A stretch of 64,000 nucleotides of DNA from Aneurinibacillus sp. Lineage in GTDB: Bacteria; Bacillota; UBA5301; DYFA01. Location: assembly GCA_020725425.1 (NCBI GenBank), contig DYFA01000027.1:24131-88130 (forward strand). Direction: 5' to 3'. Under the pieces are notes generated by a model that was given only the letters and a program-made list of their open reading frames with translations, did not search any database and was not told the origin of the DNA. Both the position numbers and the translations under genes were made by a program. Of the stretch, positions 28,325 to 37,423 are shown piece after piece. Position 1 is the first letter of the stretch. Each line of letters opens with the position of its first letter.

Positions 28325-29161
28325 TCATTCCCGGGTGATGAGGCACGGGCCGAGGATCTCCGGACCCGTGTGGCTGGCGATCACCGGGGAAAGGCGGACC
28401 AGCGGCACCGGCATCCCGGCGACGGCCTCCATCTCCCGGGCGAAGGCGGTCGCCTCCTCCAGGTTGTCTCCGTAGTGGAGGGCGATCTTCTCAATCCCCC
28501 GCCCGGCCCGCTCCTTCACAAGCTCGATGAGGCGCGCCCGGGCCGCCTTGGTGGTGCGGATCTTCTCCAGGGCCTCCATTGTCCCCGCCGAGTCGAACCA
28601 GATGATCGGCTTGATCTGGATGAGCGAGCCGAGCAACGCCTGGGCTCCGGAGAGCCGGCCCCCTTCATAGAGGTAGCGGAGGGACTCGACGACGAAGTAA
28701 GTCCGAGTCCGGGCGATGAGGTCGTCCAAGGCGCGGACGATCTCCTCTCGGCCGGCCCCGGCGTCCGCCATCTCCTTCGCCCTGAGGGCCAGGGAGGCCT
28801 CGCCGAAGCCGCTCTGGCGGGAGTCCACGACGGAGACCCGGTCGGTTTCGAGCAGTTGCCTGGCGAGGTTGGCCGAGTTCAGCGCCCCGGAGATGCGGCT
28901 CGACAGCACGATGCAGATGACCTCGTCCCCTGCCTCCACCGCCGGCCGGAAGTGCTCGAGGAAGGCGTTGGGGTCCGGCTGGGCGGTGGAGAACCTGGCT
29001 CCCGCCCGCTGCCGCCGGTAGAACTCCGCGTAGGAGAGGTCGAACAGCTCCCGCTGGACGTTCTCGCCCTCCCGGACGTACAACGGCACGGCGGTAAGGC
29101 CGTGCTGGCCGTACCATTCCAGCGGCATGGAACAGGTGGTGTCGACGATGACCCTGATCAT
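28325..29161 (-). CDS. DegV-family fatty-acid-binding protein
   Basis: Typical DegV N-terminus MIRVIVDTTCSMP...GLTAVPLYV. GGAGGGA ribosome-binding site before the ATG at 29161. Confidence 0.8.
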   Translation of the reverse strand: MIRVIVDTTCSMPLEWYGQHGLTAVPLYVREGENVQRELFDLSYAEFYRRQRAGARFSTAQPDPNAFLEHFRPAVEAGDEVICIVLSSRISGALNSANLARQLLETDRVSVVDSRQSGFGEASLALRAKEMADAGAGREEIVRALDDLIARTRTYFVVESLRYLYEGGRLSGAQALLGSLIQIKPIIWFDSAGTMEALEKIRTTKAARARLIELVKERAGRGIEKIALHYGDNLEEATAFAREMEAVAGMPVPLVRLSPVIASHTGPEILGPCLITRE

Positions 29162-29270
29162 ACTGTTCCCTCCACGCAAAACGGACTTGACCGAATGACC
29201 GCTTGTTGCTTACTACGGCATTGGAAGGCGTAAACCTTCCGTGCATACTATCACCAAGGAGGCGATCCTT

Positions 29271-30479
29271 TTGCGGACCTGGGACCTGATCGTGGTGGGG
29301 GCGGGGCCGGCCGGCGCGGCGGCCGCCCGGGCGGCCGCCCGGGCCGGCGTCGAGACGCTGATCCTGGAGGCGGAGGAGTTTCCCCGGCCGAAACCGTGCG
29401 CCGGAGGTCTCTCGGCAGCGGCCCTGAAGGAGCTGGGGGAGCCGCTCCCGCCCGGAGTGGCGGGGCGGGCGTGCCGGGCTGTGCGGCCTCGCTACGGCGG
29501 CTTGGCGGTTACAGTGCGCCGGGAGGAGACGCTGGTCGAGGTGGTCCACCGGGACCGGTTCGACGCCTACCTGCTCTCCCTGGCCCGGCAGGCTGGGGCC
29601 GAGGTGAGGCACGGGACCCGGGTCACCGCCGCCGAGCCGGGGAGCGACGGGGTGACCTTGCGCACTGACCGGGGGACGTGGCGCGCCCGGGTGGTCGTGG
29701 GAGCCGACGGCGCCCGGAGCAGGGTCGGCCTGGCGGTCCGCCCGCCGTTCCCCCGCCGCGACCTCGGGGTGTGCCAGGTCGGGGAACTGCCCCTCCGCCC
29801 CCAGGAGTACGAAACCTTCTTCGTTGATGGGCTCGAGGTGTGGTACAGCAACCCGGAGAAAGGCTACGGCTGGATCTTCCCGCAGGAGGCCGGCCTGAAC
29901 GTAGGCATCGGCAGCGTCGCCCGGTACTTGCCTTCGCCCCGCCGCGAGCTGTCGCGCTTCCTGGCCCTGGCCGGGCTCCCGGAGCCGGCGGCGGTCAAGG
30001 GGGCAGTCCTGCCGCTCGGCGGGCGGAATCATCCCGGGCAGGCCGCGCGGGTGCTGCTGGCGGGGGACGCTCTGGGCGTGGCCGACCCTTTCACCGGTGA
30101 GGGTATTCGTTATGCCCTGCTTTCGGGGCGGCTGGCTGGCGAGTGCGCTGCCGCGGCGCTTCACCGCTCCCCCGCCCACCCGGACCTCTCCTCCTACCCC
30201 GCGCGGTGCTGGGAGAGCTTCGGGGCCGACCTCCGGTATGCCCGCCTCTTCGCCCGCCTCTACCTCTCGCTCGATCAGCGGCTCAACCGCTTGGTCTTCC
30301 GCCACCCCGGTCTCTTCTCCCGGGTGGCTGACATCATGCAAGGGAAGGGCACCTACCGCGATCTCGTGGGGAAGCTCGGGAGTCATCTGCCCGGCTACTG
30401 GCTGCGGGGTCTCATGAACCGCCAAACCCGTGAGTTTAGTCGAACAATTTCGGAAAGAACGTTGCGACCACCAGGATGA
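29271..30479 (+). CDS. Geranylgeranyl reductase family FAD-dependent oxidoreductase
   Basis: FAD dinucleotide-binding motif DLIVVGAGPAGAAAARAAARAG..LILE. TTG at 29271 lies 8 nt after AAGGAGG. The track ATG at 29241 has no ribosome-binding site. Confidence 0.7.
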   Translation: MRTWDLIVVGAGPAGAAAARAAARAGVETLILEAEEFPRPKPCAGGLSAAALKELGEPLPPGVAGRACRAVRPRYGGLAVTVRREETLVEVVHRDRFDAYLLSLARQAGAEVRHGTRVTAAEPGSDGVTLRTDRGTWRARVVVGADGARSRVGLAVRPPFPRRDLGVCQVGELPLRPQEYETFFVDGLEVWYSNPEKGYGWIFPQEAGLNVGIGSVARYLPSPRRELSRFLALAGLPEPAAVKGAVLPLGGRNHPGQAARVLLAGDALGVADPFTGEGIRYALLSGRLAGECAAAALHRSPAHPDLSSYPARCWESFGADLRYARLFARLYLSLDQRLNRLVFRHPGLFSRVADIMQGKGTYRDLVGKLGSHLPGYWLRGLMNRQTREFSRTISERTLRPPG

Positions 30480-31692
30480 TGGTCAGGGCGATCATCACCC
30501 AGGTTGTCACCCAGGCCACCACATTGTACCAGCGTGAATTGACGTAGTTGCCCATGAGTCTGCGGTCGTTGATGAGAAGCTGCATATAGATCAGGATGAA
30601 TGGCAAAAGGATGCCGTTCGCCACCTGGGACAGGTACATCATCAGGATCAGAGGCGCGTTGGGAATCAGAACAATCCCGACTGCGAGAACGATCAAGCCG
30701 GTGTACAAGCCGAAGAACCAGGGTGCCTCTTTGAACGTCTTGTTGACTCCGGATTCCCAGCCCATACCTTCACAGACGGAGTAGGCAGTCGATAACGGGA
30801 GAATCGAGGCAGCGAAGAGGGAGGCGTTGAACAGCCCAAAGCCGAACAGCGCAGCCGCATGTTTGCCTGCGAGGGGACGGAGGGCCATCGCAGCGTCTTT
30901 GGCGGTCTCGATTTGGATGCCATGTGCGAAGAGAGTAGCCGCGCAAGCCGCCACGATGAACCAGGCTACGATGTCCGTGACGAAACATCCCAGCACCACG
31001 TCCAGGCGGGAGTATCTGTAATCGCATACCCGGATCCCCTTCTCGACGATGGACGATTGAAGATAGAACTGCATCCAGGGAGCGATCGTCGTTCCGACCA
31101 TGCCGATGACCATCATGATGTAGCTCGGCTCAAAGCTAAAACTTGGAGTTACCGTGGCACGCAAGAGTTCTCCCCAGTGTGGCTTGGCCATGATGCCGGA
31201 GATGACGTATGCCACGTAGAACACGCACGCTGCTAGAAAGACCTTCTCAACGGTCTTGTATGTCCCCTTGACCACCAGCCACCATACCAGGACTGCCCCG
31301 AGCGGCACGGTGATGTACTTGGAGATACCAAAGACTTCTCCCGCAGCCGCTACCCCGGCGAAGTTACCGACCGTGTTGGCCAGATTGGCGATCAAGAGAC
31401 CCAAGAGAAGGTAAAACGTGGTCTTGACCCCGAAATTCTCCCGAATAAGGTCAGAGAGGCCCTTGCCGGTTACGGCGCCCATCCGGGCTACCATTTCTTG
31501 AACTACGATCAGCGCGAATGTTATGGGGACAAGGGTCCAGAGCATAGCTGCGCCATAATGCGCCCCGGCCAGAGAATAGGTGGTAATGCCGCCGGCGTCG
31601 TTGTCGACGTTGGCGGTGATAATCCCTGGACCTACCACACTCAGCCAGAAGAAGAGGCTGCCGAGCCTTGCTTTCACATCTCTCACTAGCAT
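30436..31692 (-). CDS. mntH: NRAMP-family divalent metal transporter (MntH-like)
   Basis: 11-12 transmembrane helices and an NRAMP N-terminal signature region (VVGPGIITANVDNDAGGITTYSLAGAHYG). Confidence 0.75.
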   Translation of the reverse strand: MLVRDVKARLGSLFFWLSVVGPGIITANVDNDAGGITTYSLAGAHYGAAMLWTLVPITFALIVVQEMVARMGAVTGKGLSDLIRENFGVKTTFYLLLGLLIANLANTVGNFAGVAAAGEVFGISKYITVPLGAVLVWWLVVKGTYKTVEKVFLAACVFYVAYVISGIMAKPHWGELLRATVTPSFSFEPSYIMMVIGMVGTTIAPWMQFYLQSSIVEKGIRVCDYRYSRLDVVLGCFVTDIVAWFIVAACAATLFAHGIQIETAKDAAMALRPLAGKHAAALFGFGLFNASLFAASILPLSTAYSVCEGMGWESGVNKTFKEAPWFFGLYTGLIVLAVGIVLIPNAPLILMMYLSQVANGILLPFILIYMQLLINDRRLMGNYVNSRWYNVVAWVTTWVMIALTIILVVATFFPKLFD

Positions 31693-31713
31693 GGCGTCAT
31701 CTCCGTTTCGCTC

Positions 31714-32985
31714 CTAGACCCGACGGAGGCGCTTCCGGCGGTTGGCGAGGTAGACGTCGTCCACCACGTCGTGGATGAGGGCCATGCCGAGCAGGTGCTG
31801 GCCGGCGTCGACCACCGGGATGGCCAGGAGGTCGTACTTGGTCATCACCTCGGCCACCTCGTTCTTGTGCGCATCCTCCTTAACGAAGAGGACGTGGGGG
31901 TCCATGATCGCCCAGAGCGGCTGGTCCGGCTCAGCCACCACCAGGTCGCGCAAGGAGACCACGCCGATCAGGTGCTGCTCCCCGTCGACGACGTACAGAT
32001 AGTAGGCCGAGTCCGGGTCCGGCTTCAGCCGCCGTAACTCCTCGATGGTTTGAGCGGTAGTGAGCTCCTCCCGGAAGGAGAGCACGTCGGTGGTCATCAG
32101 GCGCCCGGCCGTGTCCTCCTCGTATTCGAGCAGTTCCCGGACGTCCTCTGCCTCCTCGTCCTCCATCTGCTCCAGGAGTTCCTGAGCCCGCCGTTCCGGC
32201 AGCTCACCCAAGATGTCGGCCGCTTCGTCGGCCGGCATCGACTCCAGGATGTCGGAGGCCTTCTCTCCCCCCAACTGTTCCAGGACATCGGCCTGCGCTT
32301 CCGGCTCCATCTCCTGCAGGGTCTCGGCGGCCACGTCCACGTTCAGGGCGGACATGACCGCCGCCCGCTCCGGCCGGTTCAGGGCCTCCAGGATGTCGGC
32401 TAGGTCCGCCGGGTGGAGCTTGCTCAGCCGCTCGTACGGCACAGCGAGCTTGACCTGGTGGGGGGCGCTGGTGATGGGTTCCACGTCCCGCCAGGAGATG
32501 AAGTAGTCCTCGATCGGCTTGGGCAGGAGCTTATCCAAGCCATGGACCAGGCGGCGCAGCCCCAGCCGGCGCAGCAGGCCGCGCAGGCCCACCTCGACGG
32601 CCACGAGCCGCAGCACGCCGTTGATCTCGGCCAGCTTGATGTCGTTGATCCGCCGTACCTTCAGCCCGTTCAGGTCGACGATCTGCTTGTCGAGGAGGTC
32701 CCGCTTGAGATGGAGCAGCTTCTCCGGGAGGGATTGCTCGTCGACCTCGTCTTTCTGCACCGAAAGGGTCAGGTACTGGCGGACGAGCACCTGGATGAGC
32801 GACCAGGGAATCCTCCGGAGGGCGCCGCGCTTCGTCCGCACCTCCAGCCCCACCACCGGCGGAAACTCCTCCCCCGGCTCGACCAGGATATCGTTCACCC
32901 TGCCCAGACGCTTGCCGAAGCGGTCGACCACTGTCTTTTCGAGTAAGCGACTCGCGTGGATCTCAGGCACGATGGCGACGGACAT
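31714..32985 (-). CDS. Soluble PRC-barrel + MgtE-N + CBS-pair protein (no channel domain)
   Basis: MgtE intracellular N domain (LADILEALN..., acidic helix) and a tandem CBS pair. It lacks the MgtE transmembrane domain. ATG at 32985 after GGGAGGTGAG. Likely co-transcribed with the NRAMP gene. Confidence 0.7.
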   Translation of the reverse strand: MSVAIVPEIHASRLLEKTVVDRFGKRLGRVNDILVEPGEEFPPVVGLEVRTKRGALRRIPWSLIQVLVRQYLTLSVQKDEVDEQSLPEKLLHLKRDLLDKQIVDLNGLKVRRINDIKLAEINGVLRLVAVEVGLRGLLRRLGLRRLVHGLDKLLPKPIEDYFISWRDVEPITSAPHQVKLAVPYERLSKLHPADLADILEALNRPERAAVMSALNVDVAAETLQEMEPEAQADVLEQLGGEKASDILESMPADEAADILGELPERRAQELLEQMEDEEAEDVRELLEYEEDTAGRLMTTDVLSFREELTTAQTIEELRRLKPDPDSAYYLYVVDGEQHLIGVVSLRDLVVAEPDQPLWAIMDPHVLFVKEDAHKNEVAEVMTKYDLLAIPVVDAGQHLLGMALIHDVVDDVYLANRRKRLRRV

Positions 32986-32994
32986 GGTTCTCAC

Positions 32995-33255
32995 CTCCCG
33001 GCATCAAAAAGCCCCCGGCTTACTTTCACCGGGGGCGGAAACTTACATGCCTCGGGTACGGGCAGGCGCCTAGCCCCCCGTCTCCGACCTGTTTCCGGCG
33101 GTGGAAGAATGGCCGATTCCCAGAAAGACAAGCTGCTGCGGACTGTGACACGGGCTCCCGTCCATCTGCCACCACCACCTTAGGCCTGGCTGGTTCTTAA
33201 GCCGATACGCTCACGCTCCACCAATAACCTACTACGCCGACCAGCGCTTGTCAAC
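32995..33255 (-). promoter_or_regulatory. Promoter plus about 225-nt structured leader ending in an intrinsic terminator just 5' of the ribosome-binding site
   Basis: Minus-strand TTGACA (33254..33249), 17-nt spacer, TAGGTT (33231..33226). The leader then ends in GCCCCCGG-ugaaaguaa-CCGGGGGC followed by UUUUUGAU, about 8 nt before GGGAGGUGAG-ATG. Confidence 0.35.
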
Positions 33256-33261
33256 CGGTCA

Positions 33262-33281
33262 AGTCCAGGGCAGTCCAGGGC
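33262..33281. repeat. Tandem direct repeat 2 x GTCCAGGGCA between divergent promoters
   Basis: Exact 10-mer repeated in tandem immediately upstream of the trp -35 element. Confidence 0.4.
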
Positions 33282-33289
33282 AGTTCCCT

Positions 33290-33319
33290 ATTGACAGACA
33301 AGCCCGGCGTGCCTTAGAA
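33290..33319 (+). promoter_or_regulatory. Sigma-A-type promoter of the trp operon
   Basis: TTGACA (33290-33295), 18-nt spacer, TAGAAT (33314-33319). Confidence 0.6.
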
Positions 33320-33342
33320 TCCTTTCAAAGGCAGTGGCGCCC

Positions 33343-33448
33343 GGAGGGGAGCCAGCCGAGTCGAGGTCACAGGTTGAGTGGAGAAGAGACGAGCAAAGAG
33401 CAGGCAGGACCCGTTCAGGTCTGACTCTTTGGAGTCGGGCCGTTTTTG
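33343..33448 (+). promoter_or_regulatory. trp leader attenuator: GAG-triplet array followed by an intrinsic terminator
   Basis: Nine GAG triplets at 33343, 33348, 33357, 33362, 33375, 33380, 33385, 33390 and 33397, mostly 2-nt spaced. These are followed by the nested hairpin GACCCG..GACUCuuugGAGUC..GGGCC and then UUUUUGUU. Confidence 0.45.
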
Positions 33449-33484
33449 TTACCTCGTCCTTCTCCCGCCCCGGAGGTGGGAAAG

Positions 33485-35803
33485 GTGTCCGCAGACTTGT
33501 CCGTCCTGCGGGAGTCGCTTCCGCTCGTCACCGCCCCGCACCCGGAGAGGGTCCGGATAAGGTTAGGGGAGGTGGTCGCCGGCGGCCCGGTCCCGGTGGT
33601 CATCGCCGGCCCCTGCGCCGTGGAGAGCCTGGCGCAGCTCCTCCAGACCGCCCGGCAGGTCAAGGCCGCCGGCGCCCACGGCTTGCGCGGCGGCGCCTTC
33701 AAGCCCCGCAGTTCCCCCTACAGCTTCCAAGGTTTGGGTCGGCCAGCTCTGGAGATGTTGGCCGCGGCCAAGGTCGAGACGGGTCTCTTCCTGACCATCG
33801 AGGTGATGCGGGAGGCTGAGGTCGACCTGGTGGCCGACTACGCCGACCTGCTCCAGATCGGCGCCCGGAACATGCAGAACTTCGCCCTGCTGCGGGCCGT
33901 GGGAAGGTGCCCCCGCCCGGTGCTGCTCAAGCGGGGGATGGCCGCCACTGTCCGGGAGTGGCTGCAGGCCGCGGAGTACATCCTTGCGGAAGGGAACCCC
34001 AGCGTCATCCTTTGCGAGCGCGGAATCCGCACCTTCGAACCGTGGACCCGCAATACCTTCGATGTCGCCGCTATCTCCCTGGTGCGCAACCTGTCCGGAC
34101 TGCCGGTCTTCGCCGACCCCAGCCACGCCGCCGGCCGGCGGGAACTCGTTCCCCCTCTGGCCCGGGCCGCTCTGGCGGCGGGGGCCGACGGCCTCCTGCT
34201 CGAGGTTCATCCCGATCCGTCGAGGGCGCTCTCCGACGGCGACCAGTCGCTCACCCTGGAGGAGTTCGCAAACCTGATGCGCGGCCTGGCCCCGTTCTGC
34301 GCCGGCCGGGAGCCGGTTTCCCGCAGGAGCCGGCCGGCGGGGATCAGCCCGGCAGCCGGTGAGTTCCCGGAACTGGCGGCCCGCGGCTACCGCCACGCCC
34401 CGGTCTTCACCCAGTTCACCAGCGACGAGCTTACGCCGGTGGGGATTTTCCGTCGCCTGGTGCATCAGGGGCCCGGCTTCCTCTTGGAAAGCGTGGAGTC
34501 CGGGGGAAACGGAGTCGGCCGGTACTCCTTCTGCGGTGACCGCCCGCTCCTGACCCTGACCGCCCGGGGCCGCCGCCTGGAGCAGAAGGGGCCCGGCCGG
34601 CTCGAGGAGGCGTCGGAGGGCGACGTCCTGGACCGGCTGCGCGAGCTCCTGGAGGTGTTCCGCGTGGCGCCGGTCGAGGGGTTACCCCGCTTCTACGGGG
34701 GAGCCGTGGGCTATTTGGGCTACGACTACGTACAGGCGTTGGAACCCATCCCTGCGACCGCCCCGGACCCGCTGGGGCTGCCGGACTCCTTCTGGCTGGT
34801 GCCGGAGCGACTCGTGGTCCTGGACCACGTCACCGGCGCGGTGACAGTGATCATCCTGGCGCCGACGGACCGGGAGGGGTACGAACGGGCCTCATCCCTC
34901 CTCGAGGCCACCCTCGCCGAACTGCGCCAACCGTGCCCGGCGCGGGAAGCGAAGCCGGAACCAGCTGGAGCCCTCCTCTCTTCGGTCTCCCAGGCGGAGT
35001 TCTGCACGGCCGTGACGAAGGCCAAAGAGTACATCGCCGGGGGTGACGCCTTCCAGGTGGTGCTCTCCCGGCGGCTGACCACCCCCTACGCCGGCGACGC
35101 CGTTGAGCTGTACCGGGCCCTGCGCTCCGAGAACCCTTCGCCCTACCTGTTCCTCCTCGACTGCGGCGGTTTCCACCTGGTCGGCTCCTCCCCGGAGATG
35201 CTGGTGCGCCTGGAGGGAACTACGGCCGAGATCCGCCCGCTGGCAGGGACCAGGCCTCGGGGCCGGGACAGCGAGGCCGACCGGGCCCTTGAGGCGGAAT
35301 TGCGGGCTGACGCCAAGGAGTGCGCCGAGCACGTCATGCTGGTGGACTTGGGCCGTAACGACCTGGGGCGGGTCTGCCGGTTCGGGAGCGTTCAAGTGCC
35401 GGAGTTGATGGGGGTGGAGCGGTTCTCCCGGGTGATGCACCTCGTCTCCCGCGTCACCGGCGAGCTGGCGCCGGGCCAGGACGCCTTTTCGCTGCTCAAG
35501 GCGGTCTTCCCCGCCGGGACGCTGACCGGCGCCCCGAAGGTGCGGGCGATGCAGCTCATCGCCGAACTGGAGCCCTTCCAACGCGGCATCTACGGCGGGG
35601 CGGTGGGGTACGTCGGGTTCAACGGCAGTCTGGACGCCTGCATCGCCATCCGCACGGCGGTCCTCTGCGACGGCCGGGTCAGCGTGCAGGCCGGAGCGGG
35701 GATCGTCGCCGACTCCGACCCGGAGCGGGAGTACGCCGAGACGGCCCACAAGGCGGCGGCCGTTCTCGCCGCCGTCCGCCGGGCGCAGGAGGGACGGTCA
35801 TGA
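33485..35803 (+). CDS. trpE: Fusion protein: DAHP synthase (class I-beta, AroG/KdsA-like) + anthranilate synthase component I (TrpE)
   Basis: N-terminal [10 protein letters not shown]...[19 protein letters not shown]...IGARNMQNF...LLKRG...[10 protein letters not shown]...[10 protein letters not shown] matches the unadorned I-beta DAHP synthase core. A roughly 30-aa linker is followed by the TrpE body (LLESVESGG...GRYSF...[15 protein letters not shown]). One continuous ORF. GTG at 33485 after GGAGGTG. Confidence 0.85.
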   Translation: MSADLSVLRESLPLVTAPHPERVRIRLGEVVAGGPVPVVIAGPCAVESLAQLLQTARQVKAAGAHGLRGGAFKPRSSPYSFQGLGRPALEMLAAAKVETGLFLTIEVMREAEVDLVADYADLLQIGARNMQNFALLRAVGRCPRPVLLKRGMAATVREWLQAAEYILAEGNPSVILCERGIRTFEPWTRNTFDVAAISLVRNLSGLPVFADPSHAAGRRELVPPLARAALAAGADGLLLEVHPDPSRALSDGDQSLTLEEFANLMRGLAPFCAGREPVSRRSRPAGISPAAGEFPELAARGYRHAPVFTQFTSDELTPVGIFRRLVHQGPGFLLESVESGGNGVGRYSFCGDRPLLTLTARGRRLEQKGPGRLEEASEGDVLDRLRELLEVFRVAPVEGLPRFYGGAVGYLGYDYVQALEPIPATAPDPLGLPDSFWLVPERLVVLDHVTGAVTVIILAPTDREGYERASSLLEATLAELRQPCPAREAKPEPAGALLSSVSQAEFCTAVTKAKEYIAGGDAFQVVLSRRLTTPYAGDAVELYRALRSENPSPYLFLLDCGGFHLVGSSPEMLVRLEGTTAEIRPLAGTRPRGRDSEADRALEAELRADAKECAEHVMLVDLGRNDLGRVCRFGSVQVPELMGVERFSRVMHLVSRVTGELAPGQDAFSLLKAVFPAGTLTGAPKVRAMQLIAELEPFQRGIYGGAVGYVGFNGSLDACIAIRTAVLCDGRVSVQAGAGIVADSDPEREYAETAHKAAAVLAAVRRAQEGRS

Positions 35804-36360
35804 TTCTCCTGATCGACAACTACGATTCCTTCGTCTATAACCTGGCCCAGTATCTGGGAGAACTGGGGGCGGAGGTGGAGGTCCAGCGCAACGACGCCGT
35901 GGACATTGCGGCCATCGAGCAGAAGGCCCCGTCGCACCTGGTCATCTCGCCCGGCCCCGGGTACCCCCGGGACGCCGGTGTATCGCTGACTGCCGTCCGC
36001 CACTTCGCCGGCCGCCTGCCGATCCTCGGGGTCTGCCTCGGCCACCAGAGCATCGGCGAGGCCTTCGGGGGCATCGTCGTCCGCTACCAGCCGGTCCACG
36101 GCAAGACGTCGCTCATCACCCACTCCGGCCGGGGCATCTTCGCCGGCCTGCCCAACCCCTTCCGGGCGACGCGGTACCACTCGCTGGTCGTGGACGCGGC
36201 CACCTGTCCGGCGGAGCTCGAGATCACCGCCACCACCGAGCCGGGCCTGGTGATGGGGCTGGCCCACCGGCGGTGGCCGGTCTTCGGCGTCCAGTTCCAC
36301 CCCGAGTCCATCCTGACTGAGGGGGGACACCGTCTGCTCAAGAACTTTCTGGAGATGTGA
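35800..36360 (+). CDS. trpG: Anthranilate synthase component II (glutamine amidotransferase)
   Basis: Class I GATase: [15 protein letters not shown], catalytic GVCLGHQ, C-terminal HPES. ATGA overlap with trpE. Confidence 0.9.
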   Translation: MILLIDNYDSFVYNLAQYLGELGAEVEVQRNDAVDIAAIEQKAPSHLVISPGPGYPRDAGVSLTAVRHFAGRLPILGVCLGHQSIGEAFGGIVVRYQPVHGKTSLITHSGRGIFAGLPNPFRATRYHSLVVDAATCPAELEITATTEPGLVMGLAHRRWPVFGVQFHPESILTEGGHRLLKNFLEM

Positions 36361-36398
36361 GTCCAGACGAGAGACCCGGTTGAGCCGGGAACAGCTGA

Positions 36399-37421
36399 GT
36401 GGAGGCGAGAAGAGTGATCAAAGAAGCGATAGCCATGGTAGTTCAGGGACACGACCTCAGCGCCGACGACATGGCCCGGGTGATGGACGAGGTCATGAGC
36501 GGAGAGGCCACCCCGGCGCAGATCGGGGGACTGCTGACCGCCCTTCACATGAAAGGGGAGTCGCCGGCGGAGATCGCCGGGGCGGCTCGCACCATGCGGG
36601 CCAAGGCCACCAAGGTCCCGGTGAACGGGGACGGCCTGGTCGACACCTGCGGCACAGGCGGGGACGGCAAGCGCACCTTCAACATCTCGACCACCGTGGC
36701 GTTCGTTGTCGCCGGGGCAGGGGTGCGCGTCGCCAAGCACGGGAACCGGGCCGTCTCCTCCGGCTGCGGCAGCGCCGATGTCCTGGAGGCGGTGGGAGTC
36801 AGGATCGACCTGGCTCCCGAGCGCGTCGCGGCCTGCATCGACGAGGCCGGCATCGGCTTTTTGTTCGCGCCGCTCTTCCACACGGCCATGCGCCACGCCG
36901 TCGGCCCCCGCCGGGAGCTCGGCTTTCGCACCATCTTCAACGTCCTCGGGCCCCTGGCCAATCCGGCTGGCGCCTCCCGCCAGGTCCTGGGGGTCTACGC
37001 TCCCGAGCTGACCCGGACGATCGGCCGGGTTCTCCTGGACCTGGGGACGGAGCACAGCCTGGTGGTGCACGGGGCGGGCGGCGCTGACGAGTTGACCCTC
37101 GCCGGCCCCAACCTGGTCTGCGAGTGCCGGGGAGGCGAGCTCCGGGAGTACACTCTCCGGCCGTCCGACGTGGGGCTCCGGGAAGCCCCCCTGTCGGCTC
37201 TGGCCGGCGGGGACGCCCGGGAGAACGGGGAGATCATGCTCCGGGTCCTGCGGGGGGAGGAGGGACCGCGCCGGGAGGCGGTGCTCTTGAACGCCGCCGC
37301 GGCCCTGGTCGCCGCCGGGCGGGCCCGGGACCTGGCGGAGGGCGTCTCTCTGGCGGCCGAGTCGATCGACCGCGGGGCGGCTCTGGCCGCGCTGGAGCGG
37401 CTTCGCCGGGTGGCAGCCTGA
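36399..37421 (+). CDS. trpD: Anthranilate phosphoribosyltransferase
   Basis: Signature DTCGTGGDG and GAGVRVAKHGNRAVSSGCGSADVLEA. Alternative GTG start at 36414 after GGAGG. Confidence 0.9.
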   Translation: MEARRVIKEAIAMVVQGHDLSADDMARVMDEVMSGEATPAQIGGLLTALHMKGESPAEIAGAARTMRAKATKVPVNGDGLVDTCGTGGDGKRTFNISTTVAFVVAGAGVRVAKHGNRAVSSGCGSADVLEAVGVRIDLAPERVAACIDEAGIGFLFAPLFHTAMRHAVGPRRELGFRTIFNVLGPLANPAGASRQVLGVYAPELTRTIGRVLLDLGTEHSLVVHGAGGADELTLAGPNLVCECRGGELREYTLRPSDVGLREAPLSALAGGDARENGEIMLRVLRGEEGPRREAVLLNAAAALVAAGRARDLAEGVSLAAESIDRGAALAALERLRRVAA

Positions 37422-37423
37422 CC

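Noticed and set aside
28665-30425. 586-aa minus-strand ORF
   Set aside because: Antisense to the DegV and geranylgeranyl-reductase-family genes. Low-complexity R/P/G composition and no recognisable domain.
32986-33255. Assignment of the NRAMP-operon leader to M-box, yybP-ykoY (Mn) or ydaO (c-di-AMP) riboswitch classes
   Set aside because: Only partial motif resemblance (e.g. GGGGGGCUAGG vs GGGGAGUAG). The conserved cores of these classes are not present, so it is left unassigned.
33326-33484. T-box riboswitch, or a Trp-codon leader-peptide attenuator, for the trp operon
   Set aside because: The leader is only ~150 nt and I found no T-box motif (AGGGUGGNACCGCG) and no specifier loop. The short ORF 33378-33560 has no tandem Trp codons.
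33563-34465. 300-aa minus-strand ORF, plus other antisense ORFs across 33838-36330
   Set aside because: Antisense to the DAHP-synthase-TrpE and trpG genes, with junk composition.
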